Source: Neodothiora populina
Lineage: Eukaryota
Assembly: GCF_041146345.1 (NCBI RefSeq)
Contig: NW_027191405.1
Coordinates: 1,054,001 to 1,118,000, forward strand
Reading direction: 5' to 3'
Length of the DNA: 64,000 nt
Part shown: positions 1 to 12,004 of the stretch, in pieces
Layout: each line of letters opens with the position of its first letter
Numbering within the stretch: position 1 is the first letter of the stretch
Position numbers and translations under genes: made by a program
Notes under the pieces: generated by a model
The model's database searches: none
Seen by the model: the letters and a program-made list of their open reading frames with translations, nothing else
What the model was told of the DNA's origin: nothing

Positions 1-450
1 AGCACCAAAACTACAAGTTCAGCTTTCAGAGAAACATACCGATCGTCCTTCCGCATGAATGACAATACCGCGCTTCAGTGCCTTGCGTGAGATAATACGG
101 CGGTGGAGTCGCGGCCGATTTCCTGGGCCGTGAACCTGTCTTATGTTTAGTAAAGCCAATCAGAGACTCCGCTTCTTGTTCTAGACGACGGCAAGATAGT
201 ATGATATGAATGTGCACAGTAGTGTTTGTTTCTGATTCAACGTACAGAGGAGGGCGATGAGGCAAAGAGGAGAGGGGGAGGGGGTTCTCACATGAGTCCA
301 TCCAACTCATCTTGTCGTAACTTAATAACCACCCCGCCTGAAGCAGTTCTATAGGGACGTGTCTTCGGTGTGTTCCACAGGACAATCAGTATACGCGGCA
401 GACGTAGAACAATGTATGTGATACAATGCAGCAGCAAGTGAAAGATTCTG

Positions 451-475
451 TGCAGTGCAGTGCAGTGCAGTGCAG
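451..475. repeat. (TGCAG)5 pentanucleotide microsatellite
   Basis: Five perfect TGCAG units read directly. Confidence 0.9.
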
Positions 476-1153
476 TACTGTAGTGGTGTAAGTATAGGTG
501 TACCTAGGTGCGTGCATGCAGTCACCGTTGTTGCCTGGCTGGCTCAAAGCATCACGTCACCGATGATCGCTTACGGTACCTGAGGCTACCTACTTTGGCG
601 TTTAAGCTTCTTGCCTTACCTTACTGTATTACCTCACCTTACTTCGAACATCTCACTTTTGCTATCGATCACATGTTGTACTGTAATGTTTGGAAGATTG
701 CTATTGATCCTTTCGCCGTGGACAAAAGTGGGAATGGATTAGTATGGAGGGAGGTGATATCTTCAGTGAGTGCCGTTTTTGTCTATGTGGCTACAGTGAG
801 CTATCGTATCGCATCTGGATGTGTAGATTGAGGTGGCATGATAGAGTGGATTTGTTTCGTGATTCGAGATGCGGTCATGGGCATACTTTGCTGTCTCTTC
901 ACTGCTCTTGCCAACGCAACGATCAGTATGATCGGTTATGCATGGGTAGTCAATGTGCGTGCGTGCGGTACAATTGTTTGCGAAACCTGAGTACATGGAA
1001 CTTTCATCTCTACTTGCAGCAATGAAGCATACGGCCCAGCAAAGACACCAAGGTTGTATAAGGTATGTATGATATATTTCAGATCAAAACGCCGTCGACA
1101 TGAGGTCCGGAAAAACTATAAATCCACCAGTCAAAACTTGAAGACATGCAAAC

Positions 1154-3438
1154 TCAGCCTCCAAAGTCCTCCTCGATCTCGTCTTCGTCCATGGTCGCGA
1201 CAAATGCTCTTCGCACGAATGCCAGCCATGCCTTGTTGTGTTTCGTGTGCTTCTTCTTCTTACCGTGCTTGCCCTTGTTTTTCTTCTTTTTCTTATCCTT
1301 ACCTGAAGCATCAATGGCTTCTGCCTCGCTTTCTGCGGGTGTCTCGACTTCTTCTCCTTCTTCATTGATTGCAAGATCCGGCATGTCCTTCTTCTTGCTC
1401 TTCCCCACTGTGCCGATTCTTTGGGCCAAGTCGAGGACGCTGCGCATCGACAGGTCGGTCAGATTGTAGATCTTGTCCTCCTGTGTGTCATACAAGACGT
1501 CGTAGTGGAACTCCGTCGGGTGAGGTTTGACGTCTCGGTCTTGAGGCTTCTTGCCCTTGTGCTTTCCCTCGCGCCATTTCTGTTCCTCGAGCTGTTCCTG
1601 AGTTATGACGTTGAAGTCATTGTTGATTTGAGTCAGGTTGGCGTAGTACTGGGTGAATTTGGTGAGCGAGAGAGCCTGTGGAGAATATGCTGGTCCTGGA
1701 GGTGCGGAGCTCGAAGGCGGGTTGGGCACGGTGAAGCGCTGTCGCTTGGGCTTCTTAGGCTTCTTTTTCCTCATGTCGATATCGACGTCGCCCGCAGCCT
1801 CGATCTCGATCTCGTTCAAGGCTTCCCTTGTTGGTGTGTCTTCAGCAATGAAGAAACTCGACCACGCATCTGAACCTTGAGTCTGCAACCCAGTGATGTT
1901 GTATTCGAATACACGAATCGTTGGGAAGTAGTTGGGCACGACACTGGGTGCAGCAAACGATAAGCTGAAGCGCTCTGCGTAAGCTCCACCAATCGCTTCC
2001 AGATAGTCCTTCCCGCGATTGGGCTTCTTTCCATTCCCTGGCTTCTTCTTCTTCTTGCCCTTTCTCATTGCGATGTCTGCCTCTGCATCGGACTCGCTGA
2101 TATCACCACCAATGAGGGCCTCAATCTCCCACTCTGGTCGGGCATCGTCACTTGTATCTAAATTATCTTGCACCATTGCTTTCCTTCGTGCCTCCTTCTT
2201 TGATGGCGGATGAGGTAATTTTGACCATCCCTCTCTAAGATCGACAAGATAGTTCCCGGAAGCTTGCGCCTTCACGGGCGCATCCTCCTCGTCCGGAGTG
2301 CTCCTTGCCTTGCTACGGATCATCTCGTAGCCGTTGGACACGTCTTCATCAATGTCATTAAAATCTTGCAGCATGAAGTGATCGAGGTTCATGTGGCCAT
2401 ACATGCTGCCGACGACAACATCCCTGTACTGTCGCATCCACAGCGCATACTTCTGCCAACATGTCTCGTCCCATGCCTTTTTGTTCTCTGTTCGCGCCGG
2501 CGGTACATGGCCAATGATGATGGCCTTCATGCCACGGTCACGCATGTACTGAAGTTGGATACGCAGCCACTCGAGTTGACGATAACCGGGCTCCGATTTA
2601 GCAGCACAGCCATCCACTGCGGAGTTGGAGTTAAAGAAGTAAAGGGAATTCAAGGAGAAGACAGCCAGGTGTCTTGGGATCACCTCAACAGAGAACCAAC
2701 CACCCTGTTCGAACTGATGCCTCTGCTCCTCAGGTATAAAACGCTTCCAAATGCCAAGATATTGTTTCGTCCAACGATTAGGACCTTTTTCGAAGATGTT
2801 GTGCGGTAAAATATCATTATTACCAAAGGTTGGAACGACAGGGACTACCAGGTCGTTGGTAGGGTCTTCATCATCATCGTTGTCTGGTTTCCCAAAGCAA
2901 TCATAGACCCTCTCGACTAGATACTCGTTCAGGCCTACCACCTGCTGTGTGTTCCGCGGATGCTCTTCGTCGTTGTCGTGTCGTGCCGAGTCGCCAGTCC
3001 AGACAACAAAATCAATCTGATCTTTCAGCTCTGCCTTGATCCAATCGAATGTCGCATTGACCAAGGCGAAAGGAGAATCACATTCAGACGTCTCGGCGCC
3101 ATAATAGCCTGCAGGCCCAGAACCTCTATGGCACGCAGAGTCTTCTGATGTAGACGAATAGGCTTCATAAAATCTATCAGGATGAAAATCTGTATTTGTT
3201 GATTGTTAGTGGTTCTGCACAAAATCCATCGAATGTACTGGGTGCTGTGCGACTCGCCTGTCACCTGTAGGAAGCGGCCATGCAGCTTTCGCAGCGACGA
3301 CTCAATTACAGCTTGAGCTCCTCCCAAATGCAAAGGCTTTTGGCTGTCGCTAGAACGCAGGGGAATCTGAAGACCCGCGACTTGACCGCATAGTAGAGAA
3401 TATAGCACAGGCGACACTATCGCACTTGCACCCAACAT
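1154..3438 (-). CDS. PPN1: Endopolyphosphatase (calcineurin-like metallophosphoesterase); one GC-AG intron at 3190-3257
   Basis: Hydrophobic N-terminus MLGASAIV. Splicing restores LHGRFLQVTDFHPD. Motifs WTGDSARHD, FGNND, GHVPP, YGHMNLDHF and PSVVPNYFPT match the Ppn1 family. Confidence 0.92.
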
Positions 3439-3980
3439 GTTTGCTCCTCTCCTACTCTTCGCATGCCTTCGCAAGGTGGAATACAAACAAAGTTAATGTC
3501 GGAAGCGAAAGATCAGAGTATCCTCTGCTGCAGTGCAATATATGCCGAGGATCAGTACGTCATTAGCGTCCCCGGGTCCTTGCAGATTCGCTTACGACCC
3601 GATCTTGCGACACAAGAAAAACTACCTTGGTAACGACGCCTGATAATTTATGTGTGTATTGAACTTGAACTACAAAGCACTCAGAAACGAGATGATCCAA
3701 AAGTGAGAGAGTATTCCACGGATACTGCACAAAACTTAAAAGGCTCAGCAAAAAGTCACAGGTCAGAAGACGAATTCCACACATTTTAACGGAGTATCTG
3801 GTTGTTATGCTACACTCCGCGTGACGCTACCTTGATGGTGTGCTTTTAGCCAATCATGGCTTCGAACTCCACACGTGGAGACCTTTGAGGGGATCACCAA
3901 GACTTGTGACTGCTTAGGCGTCTCGTATACGACGCATGTACAATAACTGTACCATGCTATTGTACCTTTCTATTCCTTCC

Positions 3981-5798
3981 TTACAAGTCACTTGTCCTCT
4001 CTTCACTCTCTCGGATCCAGCGATCGAGCTGCGTTCTGTCTCTAGCGCGGATGCCGACTTTGAATGGCTTTGGCTCCATCGTCAAACCTATATGGCATGA
4101 GCAACCCGAATGTGTATCCTATATGTCAAAAGGTGTACTTACCTGTGGGTAAAGAGTTGGCCTCGAGCGCCTCGAGCACCGGCTTGTCAGAGGCTAGCTT
4201 TGGCGGCACAATCTCGAAAGCAGTGATAAGTCTGAGGAAGGCGGTGTAGAGCTCTCGGTTGGCCAGATGAGAACCAACGCACATGCGACTCCCAGCACCA
4301 TACCCGTAATGAGGCGTGCCCGTGACGCTTGAGGACTCGTCCGCAAGGTATCTATCAGGATTGAACTTCGAAGGTGAGTCGAAATGCTCTTCGTCGTAGT
4401 CTGCGGCGTAAGCGTTCATGTAGAATGTCGTCCCGGCGGGGATCGTGGCATCCTTCCACTGGATATCCTTGATGCTCGTTCTTGGGAGACAAATGGGGAT
4501 CACAGTCCAGTAACGAAGGACCTCTTTCACTAATGCAGTTATGTAAGGCACTTTCTCCTCACTCAAGCACTTCTCCCAGGCATCGCCGTCTGGGTATACT
4601 TTTTGGATTTCGGCCAGAGCTCTCTTCTGGATTTCTTGCCCGTGCTCGGAGGAGAGGTATGCTATGCACATCACCAGATTCCCGGGCACTGTGTCAAGAC
4701 CAGCACTGACCATGGTCAGACAAATGGACATGACCTCGGCTGTACATTTAATCAGTCAGAAGGTCATAACCGAAACGAGGAGGTTACTTACCATCGTTCA
4801 ATTTCGTGTCTGAATCCTTTAAGATGTTTCCTGTGATACAAGGCTTCATTCACCTACGTCAGCAAGGTCACCTTTATCACGGCTAGGGAGCATACCTTGT
4901 CTGTGCCTTCAGCAATTCTCGCCTTCAGCATACCCAAAAGCTTGCTCATATAAGCACCTCTTCGCTTCTTGTATTCGAGCGGCTTCTTATTGCCATTTGG
5001 CCACAACCTCATCAGAGGGATATAATCTTGCCTAGGCCAGTCAGGGACGTCTTCACGAGCGACAAAAGGATTCTTACCAGTTGTTCGACGTGGAGCGAAA
5101 GTTACTGATCTCGCGCTCCACATGAGTGATCTCCTTGAGCAAAGTATCGTCAATGCTACCCTCAATCTTGATGCCATAATTGAGTGTCAGAGATGTCGAG
5201 AGAGCGTAACGCTGGAAATAAGGATTGGGATCGAGGTCAACGGCTCCGTCTTTCGAGTTCACCAACATCTCCTTGATGGATCGAGTCGACTCGAAGTCGA
5301 TGAAAGGCATATACGTCTGCACTGCGGGTCTGTTGAGCGCTGTCGCTGCAGCCTTTCTACGAGCCTTGCATGACTCGTCCCATGGGCTAGTTCCAATGGT
5401 GAATCCCTCAGAGCTTGACACTACAGTGTGGAACGTGTGTAAGGTCGGACGAGAAATGAGAGCAGATTGGTTCTGGATCCACAGAGTCTTGACCGCATCG
5501 AAGCTGTTCGCAAATACGATTCTCTTCGCTGTTGTGTCAGCCGCTGTGCCATCTGGGCATACAAGGTCATATTCACCTTGTTTCCCAGACGTGTCTGGAA
5601 GACTGGACCATATTGCTTGGCCCACTTCCGGGCTACCAGAGCATGCTGACTCCCCAATTGAAGCAAATTGCCAAAGATTGGCACGCCAGGAATCTCTGGC
5701 AAGTTCTTGATTTTGGGGGTGTCGGTCTGGTTAAGCAAGTACCGCAGTGCAAAAAACACAACTGCGACAATGGCCGCGCCAACTACAGGAGAAGTCAT
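3981..5798 (-). CDS. phacA: Cytochrome P450 of the CYP504 family, phenylacetate 2-hydroxylase-like (multi-exon)
   Basis: N-terminal membrane anchor, ALISRPTLHTFH, GFTIGTSPWDESCK, SAGLDT I-helix, EVLR, heme motif YGYGAGSRMCVG. Last exon ends at TAA 3981-3983. Confidence 0.88.
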
Positions 5799-6293
5799 AT
5801 TGTGATAGCTTTGTAATTGGAGAAGACTGGTTGGTTGTTGTCTTGAAAGTGGCTTCCTCGTTCATATAATGTAGTAAGTCTTATTTGTCTCCTGCGGTTC
5901 GAAACCATGCAGATGCGGAATTGACTGCGGTCAGCACTCCTGGTTCCTAATTCCGTCCTCATTTTCTGCTGCTACATTGCGATGTCATCTCCTCGTACCC
6001 CCTCATCTGCAGATGTCTTCCCCGCGATGCGCTATGAGCATGGCACGTGGAGGAGAGTATATCAATCGGCTGTGCGGCAAACCTTCTTCCGGAATGCTTC
6101 CGCTCAATCTAATAACCTTCTGAATCCATATGTACGTACGCGCATACATGATTGAGCGGAACAGTGTGGTCAGCAGGTAAAGTTTGCCCTGCTTGTGGTA
6201 GCGAGCAACATGTTGTGAGTGGAGAAAGTAGCTTACAATTTTTAGTGAACGTCATTGTAAAGAGGATCAACGTTCTGGCTCTGGATACACACA

Positions 6294-7631
6294 CTACTTG
6301 GCTAAGTCTAATGCAGGCTCTATCAAACCAGTACAATCGCCAAACCCTACCAAATCACCATCGTCACCACAAAATCCCTTCAACGTGATCTGGTCACCAT
6401 CCTGTAGAAACATACGTGTCTCTCCCTCCCCAATTTTCACAGGAACTTTTCCGTTCTCGCTCTGTTCCAACAAGCTGCCCCGTGCAGAAGGCTGGTCTCC
6501 GGAAATCGTTCCCGAACCTAGAAGATCGCCAACATTCATTGGGCATCCTGTAATTGAATGATGCGAGAGCATCTGTGCAAACGAGAATAACAGATTGCGG
6601 CCATTCGTCTTGCTGATAGTGGTTGACGTGCCAGAAGCAGCTGCTCTAGATTAGCATAATGTTTCACTCGAGATTAGGTTACATTTCTTACGCTTCAATT
6701 CCACTTCCAACATGATGTCGTATACATTGCGGTCATCTTCTTGCTTTAGATACGCAAAAAGTTCGGTATCGTTCTGCATACTTTTGACACGAAATGGCTC
6801 AAGAGCGTCTGTGAGGACGATCCAAGGGCTAATGGTCGTGCCAAAGTTCTTGGAATTGAAAGGTCCAAGGGGAACATACTCCCAAGCCTGTATGTCTCGG
6901 GCCGACCAATCATTCAGCAGGACCATACCAAAGATGTAGTCTTCAGCTTCATTGATCGGGATGGGCTGGCCCATGGGGCTGCTTTTGCATAAGAAGGCAC
7001 CCAGCTCCAGCTCTATGTCGAGCTTGCGACAAGGAGAAAAGATGGGCCTCTTGGTCGCCATGTCCAGAATCTGTCCATTAGGTCTTTTGATTGGAGTACC
7101 TGAGATCACAACGCTCGAAGCACGTCCATGGTAGCCCACGGGTAAGTGCTTGTAGTTTGGCTGCAGCGCATTGTCAGGGCCGCGGAACAAGACACCCACG
7201 TTGTGAGCATGGTGCATGCCAGCATAGAAATCTGTGTAGTCTCCAATCTGCATTGGCATGTGCATAGTCACATCAGCCAAGGGGACAAGAGCTTCAGACT
7301 GCAATGCCACATTGTCCTTCAATACATGGGGGAACGGCGTGGCGTCCAGGAAGACCGATTGCAGGTACTTTCGGACTGCTGCATGCAGTGGCTTTCCCAA
7401 GGCAGCGAAAGCGTTCAAGGTCTGGCTACTGAAGACTCCTTGGTGTGGCTGAATAGTCGACAGACCCGAGAAGCCATTGTGTGTCGTGAAGATCTCCAGA
7501 TCGAGAGCATAGTCTCCAATCGCGATAGCAGGAACGCGCTTGGGTCTTGCTGGACTACTAATTATCCCGAACGGTATGTTCGCGATAGAGAACGGTGACC
7601 CAGAAGGAATTTGTAGCCAGCTTTTCGTCAT
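6294..7631 (-). CDS. fahA: Fumarylacetoacetate hydrolase (one intron, about 6640-6690)
   Basis: FSIANIPFG, GDYTDFY, PVGYHGRASS, LDIELELG, NDWSARDIQAWEYVPLGPF, GDLLGSGTISG. Confidence 0.95.
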
Positions 7632-7894
7632 GATTGATACGGCAAGGTAGCAAAAGAGATGTTATTGATCAACAATTTTGAGTATACGTTTCAACTTCCT
7701 TTGAGAAAACCAACAAATCAGCGGCGAAAAGACTCGAGTTTTCCATTCGCACAAGTTCGTCCCATGTTAGGGATATAGTCATCCATGAGTTCCACCGTGG
7801 AACGACACCTCACTCGACCATGCAGTAGAAACTAAGTGACAACCAAATTGCGATGGCGGATGGTTTCCGCATGAATCCACTTCTTCTCCAACTT

Positions 7895-7930
7895 CACCCC
7901 GCGATTATCACTGCGGGGTGGCTTCCCCAC
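7895..7930. promoter_or_regulatory. Inverted pair of CreA/Mig1-type SYGGRG sites plus a third site in the divergent fahA-hmgA promoter
   Basis: CACCCCGC-GATTATCACT-GCGGGGTG at 7895-7920, then CCCCAC at 7925-7930. Match to the established SYGGRG consensus; function inferred. Confidence 0.55.
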
Positions 7931-8205
7931 ATACTATAACCATTTTCGACGAATACAGCCGACCTTAGAGGTCATACTTTGATGGAAGAAAACCTTGTGC
8001 GTCAAAATGACATCTCTGACATGTGCTCTAATTCCGCAGTGCGCACGTCTCCGCACAACTTCACAGGTCCGCGTGTGCGGGATGACATGTGCTCCGTAGT
8101 TAGATGCTCAAAGGTCATGGAGTGCATCCCGGAGGATATTAGATGCGCGAGATGGGATGAATTCGTCTCGGACCATTTGGAACAGACATCACTTTTCTCT
8201 ACACA

Positions 8206-9800
8206 ATGCCAGTAAGCACATTCAACGAGCCCGAGAAATACGTGTACCAGAATGGCTTCAATAGCTATCATGAGTAAGTCGAACCCCTTCATGCTCGCAT
8301 TTATATACTGAATCCTTGCAAGGTCCGAAGCCATAGAGGGTGCCCTGCCACTGGCTGCGAATTCACCACAACAGGTTCGCTGCAGAGGAATGTCGACTGG
8401 ACCGCAACATATCATGCTGACTCGTCTCTTAGCCTCCTTACGGCCTCTACGCTGAGAAGCTCTCCGGTACAGCCTTCACTGCACCGCGTCACGAGAACCA
8501 GCAATCATGGCTGTATCGCATATTGCCAGCTTCAGCCCATAGTCCTTTCGAGGCACGTGAGCATGCAACATTCAACACAAACCCAGAGAACAGACCCGGC
8601 CAAGCGATCCACCAGATCCCCAATCAATTGCGATGGGACCCCTTCGACATTGATGAGTCGGTTGACTGGGTCCATGGACTCCACCTCATTGCTGGTGCAG
8701 GCGATCCTACCATGAAGACTGGTATCGGCATGTACATCTATGCTGCAGGGAGAAGTATGGATCCCCACCAGGCATTCTACAGCGCCGACGGAGACTTCCT
8801 CATCGTTCCACAACACGGTGTACTCGATATCCAGACCGAGTTGGGTAGACTCCTTGTTCGACCTAACGAGATCTGCGTCATTCCTCGCGGTATCAGGTAT
8901 AGAGTCAACCTAGCAAGTGGGCCTATCCGCGGGTACATCCTCGAGCTGTATCAAGGCCACTTCCAACTCCCTGAGCTGGGGCCTATAGGGTCAAACTGCC
9001 TGGCCAACGCTCGCGACTTCCAGGCACCGGTAGCATATTTCGATGAAGATACAGACACGGAATGGTCTCTTCTGTCCAAATTTGCAGGCCACCTGTTCGA
9101 AGCCAAACAGAACCACACTCCCTTCGATGTCGTGGCCTGGCACGGCCTCTACTACCCTTACAAATACGACTTGGGCAGATTCAACACCATCGGCAGCATC
9201 AGTTTTGATCATCCGGATCCCAGCATCTTCACTGTGCTTACGGCACAGAGCGAGCATCCGGGCACCGCGGTGGCAGATTTCGTCATCTTCCCGCCCCGAT
9301 GGCTCGTCGCGGAGGACACTTTCAGACCGCCTTGGTAAGCGAAACACGTGGCCTATAAACGTTACAATACATCGATGCTGACACGCTACAAAAGGTATCA
9401 CAGGAACACCATGTCCGAGTTCATGGGTTTGATTCATGGTCAGTACGATGCAAAGACCGGCGGCGGCTTCCAGGCGGCCGGCGCGTCCTTGCACAATGTC
9501 ATGTCAGCGCATGGACCCGATGCGACCACGCATGAGAAGGCCTCAGGTGCAACTTTGCAGCCAATGAAAGTCGGAGAGGGAAGCATGGCGTTCATGTTCG
9601 AGAGCTGCTTGATGGTCGGCGTGACCGACTGGGGTATCAAGAAATGTGCAAAAGTGCAAGAAGACTACAACGAGGAGAGCTGGATACCTCTCAAGCCTCA
9701 CTTCAAGCGACCGGAAGCCGTAGCTGAGCACAGACAAAATGGTGCCAAGGACGTACCTGGCGAGATAGGGGATCTCAAGCAGGTCCCGCACTGGACTTGA
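8206..9800 (+). CDS. hmgA: Homogentisate 1,2-dioxygenase (multi-exon)
   Basis: Exon 1 [22 protein letters not shown], then [66 protein letters not shown]. Confidence 0.96.
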
Positions 9801-10050
9801 GGACCAATTGCTCATGATCGTTCTAGCTATGGTCAGATAGTCGACGGACCTGGAATAGTGAACTTAGGGGAGCACTTGTCTTGTGCTAATGATCTACATA
9901 TGCAATTACTTCCATGCGATCGTGATTTTAGTTGTATTATGAAAGTGAGTGTCTCCTTTCGACAAGTACAACTTATCCCTTATAGCCATATCACTCCACG
10001 AGTGGCTTCCATGAACCGTTCGCCTGTATCTCGCAATAAAATCCCTAGGT

Positions 10051-10944
10051 TTAAAGGAACAAGGCAGCAAGGCCCATGAGCATGACGCTTGTGCCAACGA
10101 CCACTGAGCTTGCACCACCAGTCAAGGGGGATGAAGATGGCCCAGCAGATCCACTGCCGCCCAACACACTCGAGTTTGAGCCTGTGGGAGATCCAGACCC
10201 ACCTGCAGTGGTCGAGGATGAGCCGTTAGTGGCGGTAGAAAGAGTGGTGCCATTGGCCAGCTGCTTCAGAACTCCGCAAGTGATGATGGTCTTGTTGGCG
10301 TAGTGCACGACGACGGTGCGGTTACCGACGTAAGCTGCAGTTCCTGGCACCATGGAGACATAGTCATCAACGTAGCTTGGGCTCAGTCAGCACATTGCAC
10401 CTTTTCGCACCTCAACAGATATACTTATACTGACTTTGCAGAGAAGGAAGTGCCGTTGATCTTGCCGTGCTTTCCAGAGAGATCACCGACTTGGCAGGTG
10501 TTGGGGGAGCTCGATACACATGATGGACTGTCGCCACGTCCGAAGGGATCAAGGTGACCTCCAGGGGTTTCGCAGTTGTCGTTTGCGTGGATGTGGTAAA
10601 GGAAGGGACCACCTTCAGATGGGAAGCCAGAGAAGGAAACCTGGAACAGAGCTCCAACACCTGACGGGTTCGACTGAGCGACGAGAGAACCGCGACTATA
10701 GTGATGTATTAGAGTGGGGTCACAAGGGAGGGGAAGGTAAGTGTTCTCCATACATGTCAGTAGTACCGAGATTGGGAAGAGTGGCGCCTAGGAATACGTT
10801 AGTATGAGACCCATAATCATGGTTATTTGCTCAGTGAACGGTCATACCAAAAGTTACACCACTTGGGTTGTCATCGACTTCGACCGCATTCTGAGCGAAT
10901 GCGAGACTGGCGAAGACGCCGATAGTTGCAGTTTGGAAGCGCAT
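10051..10944 (-). CDS. Secreted/GPI-anchored Cu-only superoxide dismutase (SOD5-like), 4 exons
   Basis: Signal peptide MRFQTATIGVFASLAFA, GGPFLYHIH, GGHLDPFG, CQVGDLSGKHG, RTVVVHYAN, Ser/Gly/Thr-rich linker and a hydrophobic C-terminal tail. Confidence 0.88.
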
Positions 10945-12004
10945 GGTCAAGCTTGATGATCTAGTTAATGCGAGGTAATGCTTCGACAACAAGGAGCAGT
11001 ATTAGAAGGACAGTATTAAAGAAGGGGGTTATGTTGTTTTCCTGTCGAAGCAAATACGAAGTGGAAGGAAGTCAAATAGGAAAGAAAACAAAGTTCCTTA
11101 CATGTTTCAGGATTTCACACGCTTTACTTGTGTAACAGAAGGCACAAAGGGGGGTTGTCTGTTTGTTGGCGCGCAGCGTGGCCGTTTTCGCCGTTAGTTT
11201 CCAAATGAGTCTGTGTTCATTTTAAGATTGCACAACCACAAGGCACAGACAAACCAAGAAACTTTGGGCTTAGTATACCTGTTCCGCGAGATGGAAGCAG
11301 TCAATGATCGACTGGCAGTAGCCACATCGCGGCAAAATGAGGATGGCATGGACAACTGCTTAGACTAGTTCACGGCGTTTGTGCATGGGAAGTGTCCACA
11401 CGCCATGACTATCTCGCCGACGCACGCGAGTCTCACTGACTCTGTTGTCTCAGCCAGTCGTGCAGACATGTTGGAGGCTGGGATATAATTAGGCTGTTAC
11501 CAAGACGGGAGTGAGTGCTAAGACAGAGGCTATGACAGTGGACAGAAGCGTCCGGCAATATAGCAGTATTCACAAGCCGGCTTTTCCAACAAATTATCTC
11601 CGCGTTTTCCCCGCCCCGGTCGGAGCATGATTCGGCAAACTTTATTAAGACGTAGAGTTAGGGTTGAGATCTCATCCAAAGGGTACCTCAGAGACATCAC
11701 AGTGTTCATGCTAGCTCTTTTGATTATCGATCATGGGTCGAACCCTTTTCGTGACCAGTAGACATACTGTAGGACTTGTAAGTTCTGCCCTAATAGTTAT
11801 ATCAGAGCAATGTATCTTCGTAGGTGATACTTAAAATCGAGTTTATTCCATTGAGTCAGCTACTGCGGAGCATCGCTATTATTCTATATCATCAATTTTC
11901 AACGGGCAATTGCAGAAGATACCTGACTATTGGAGCAACAAACGACACGCGAAGCGCGAAGCGGTGACTGCACCAGAATCTGAAAAACACAATTTTTCCA
12001 AGCC

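Noticed and set aside
49..60. TTCCGCATGAAT identical to 7865-7876
   Set aside because: Many shared 12-mers are expected by chance in 64 kb.
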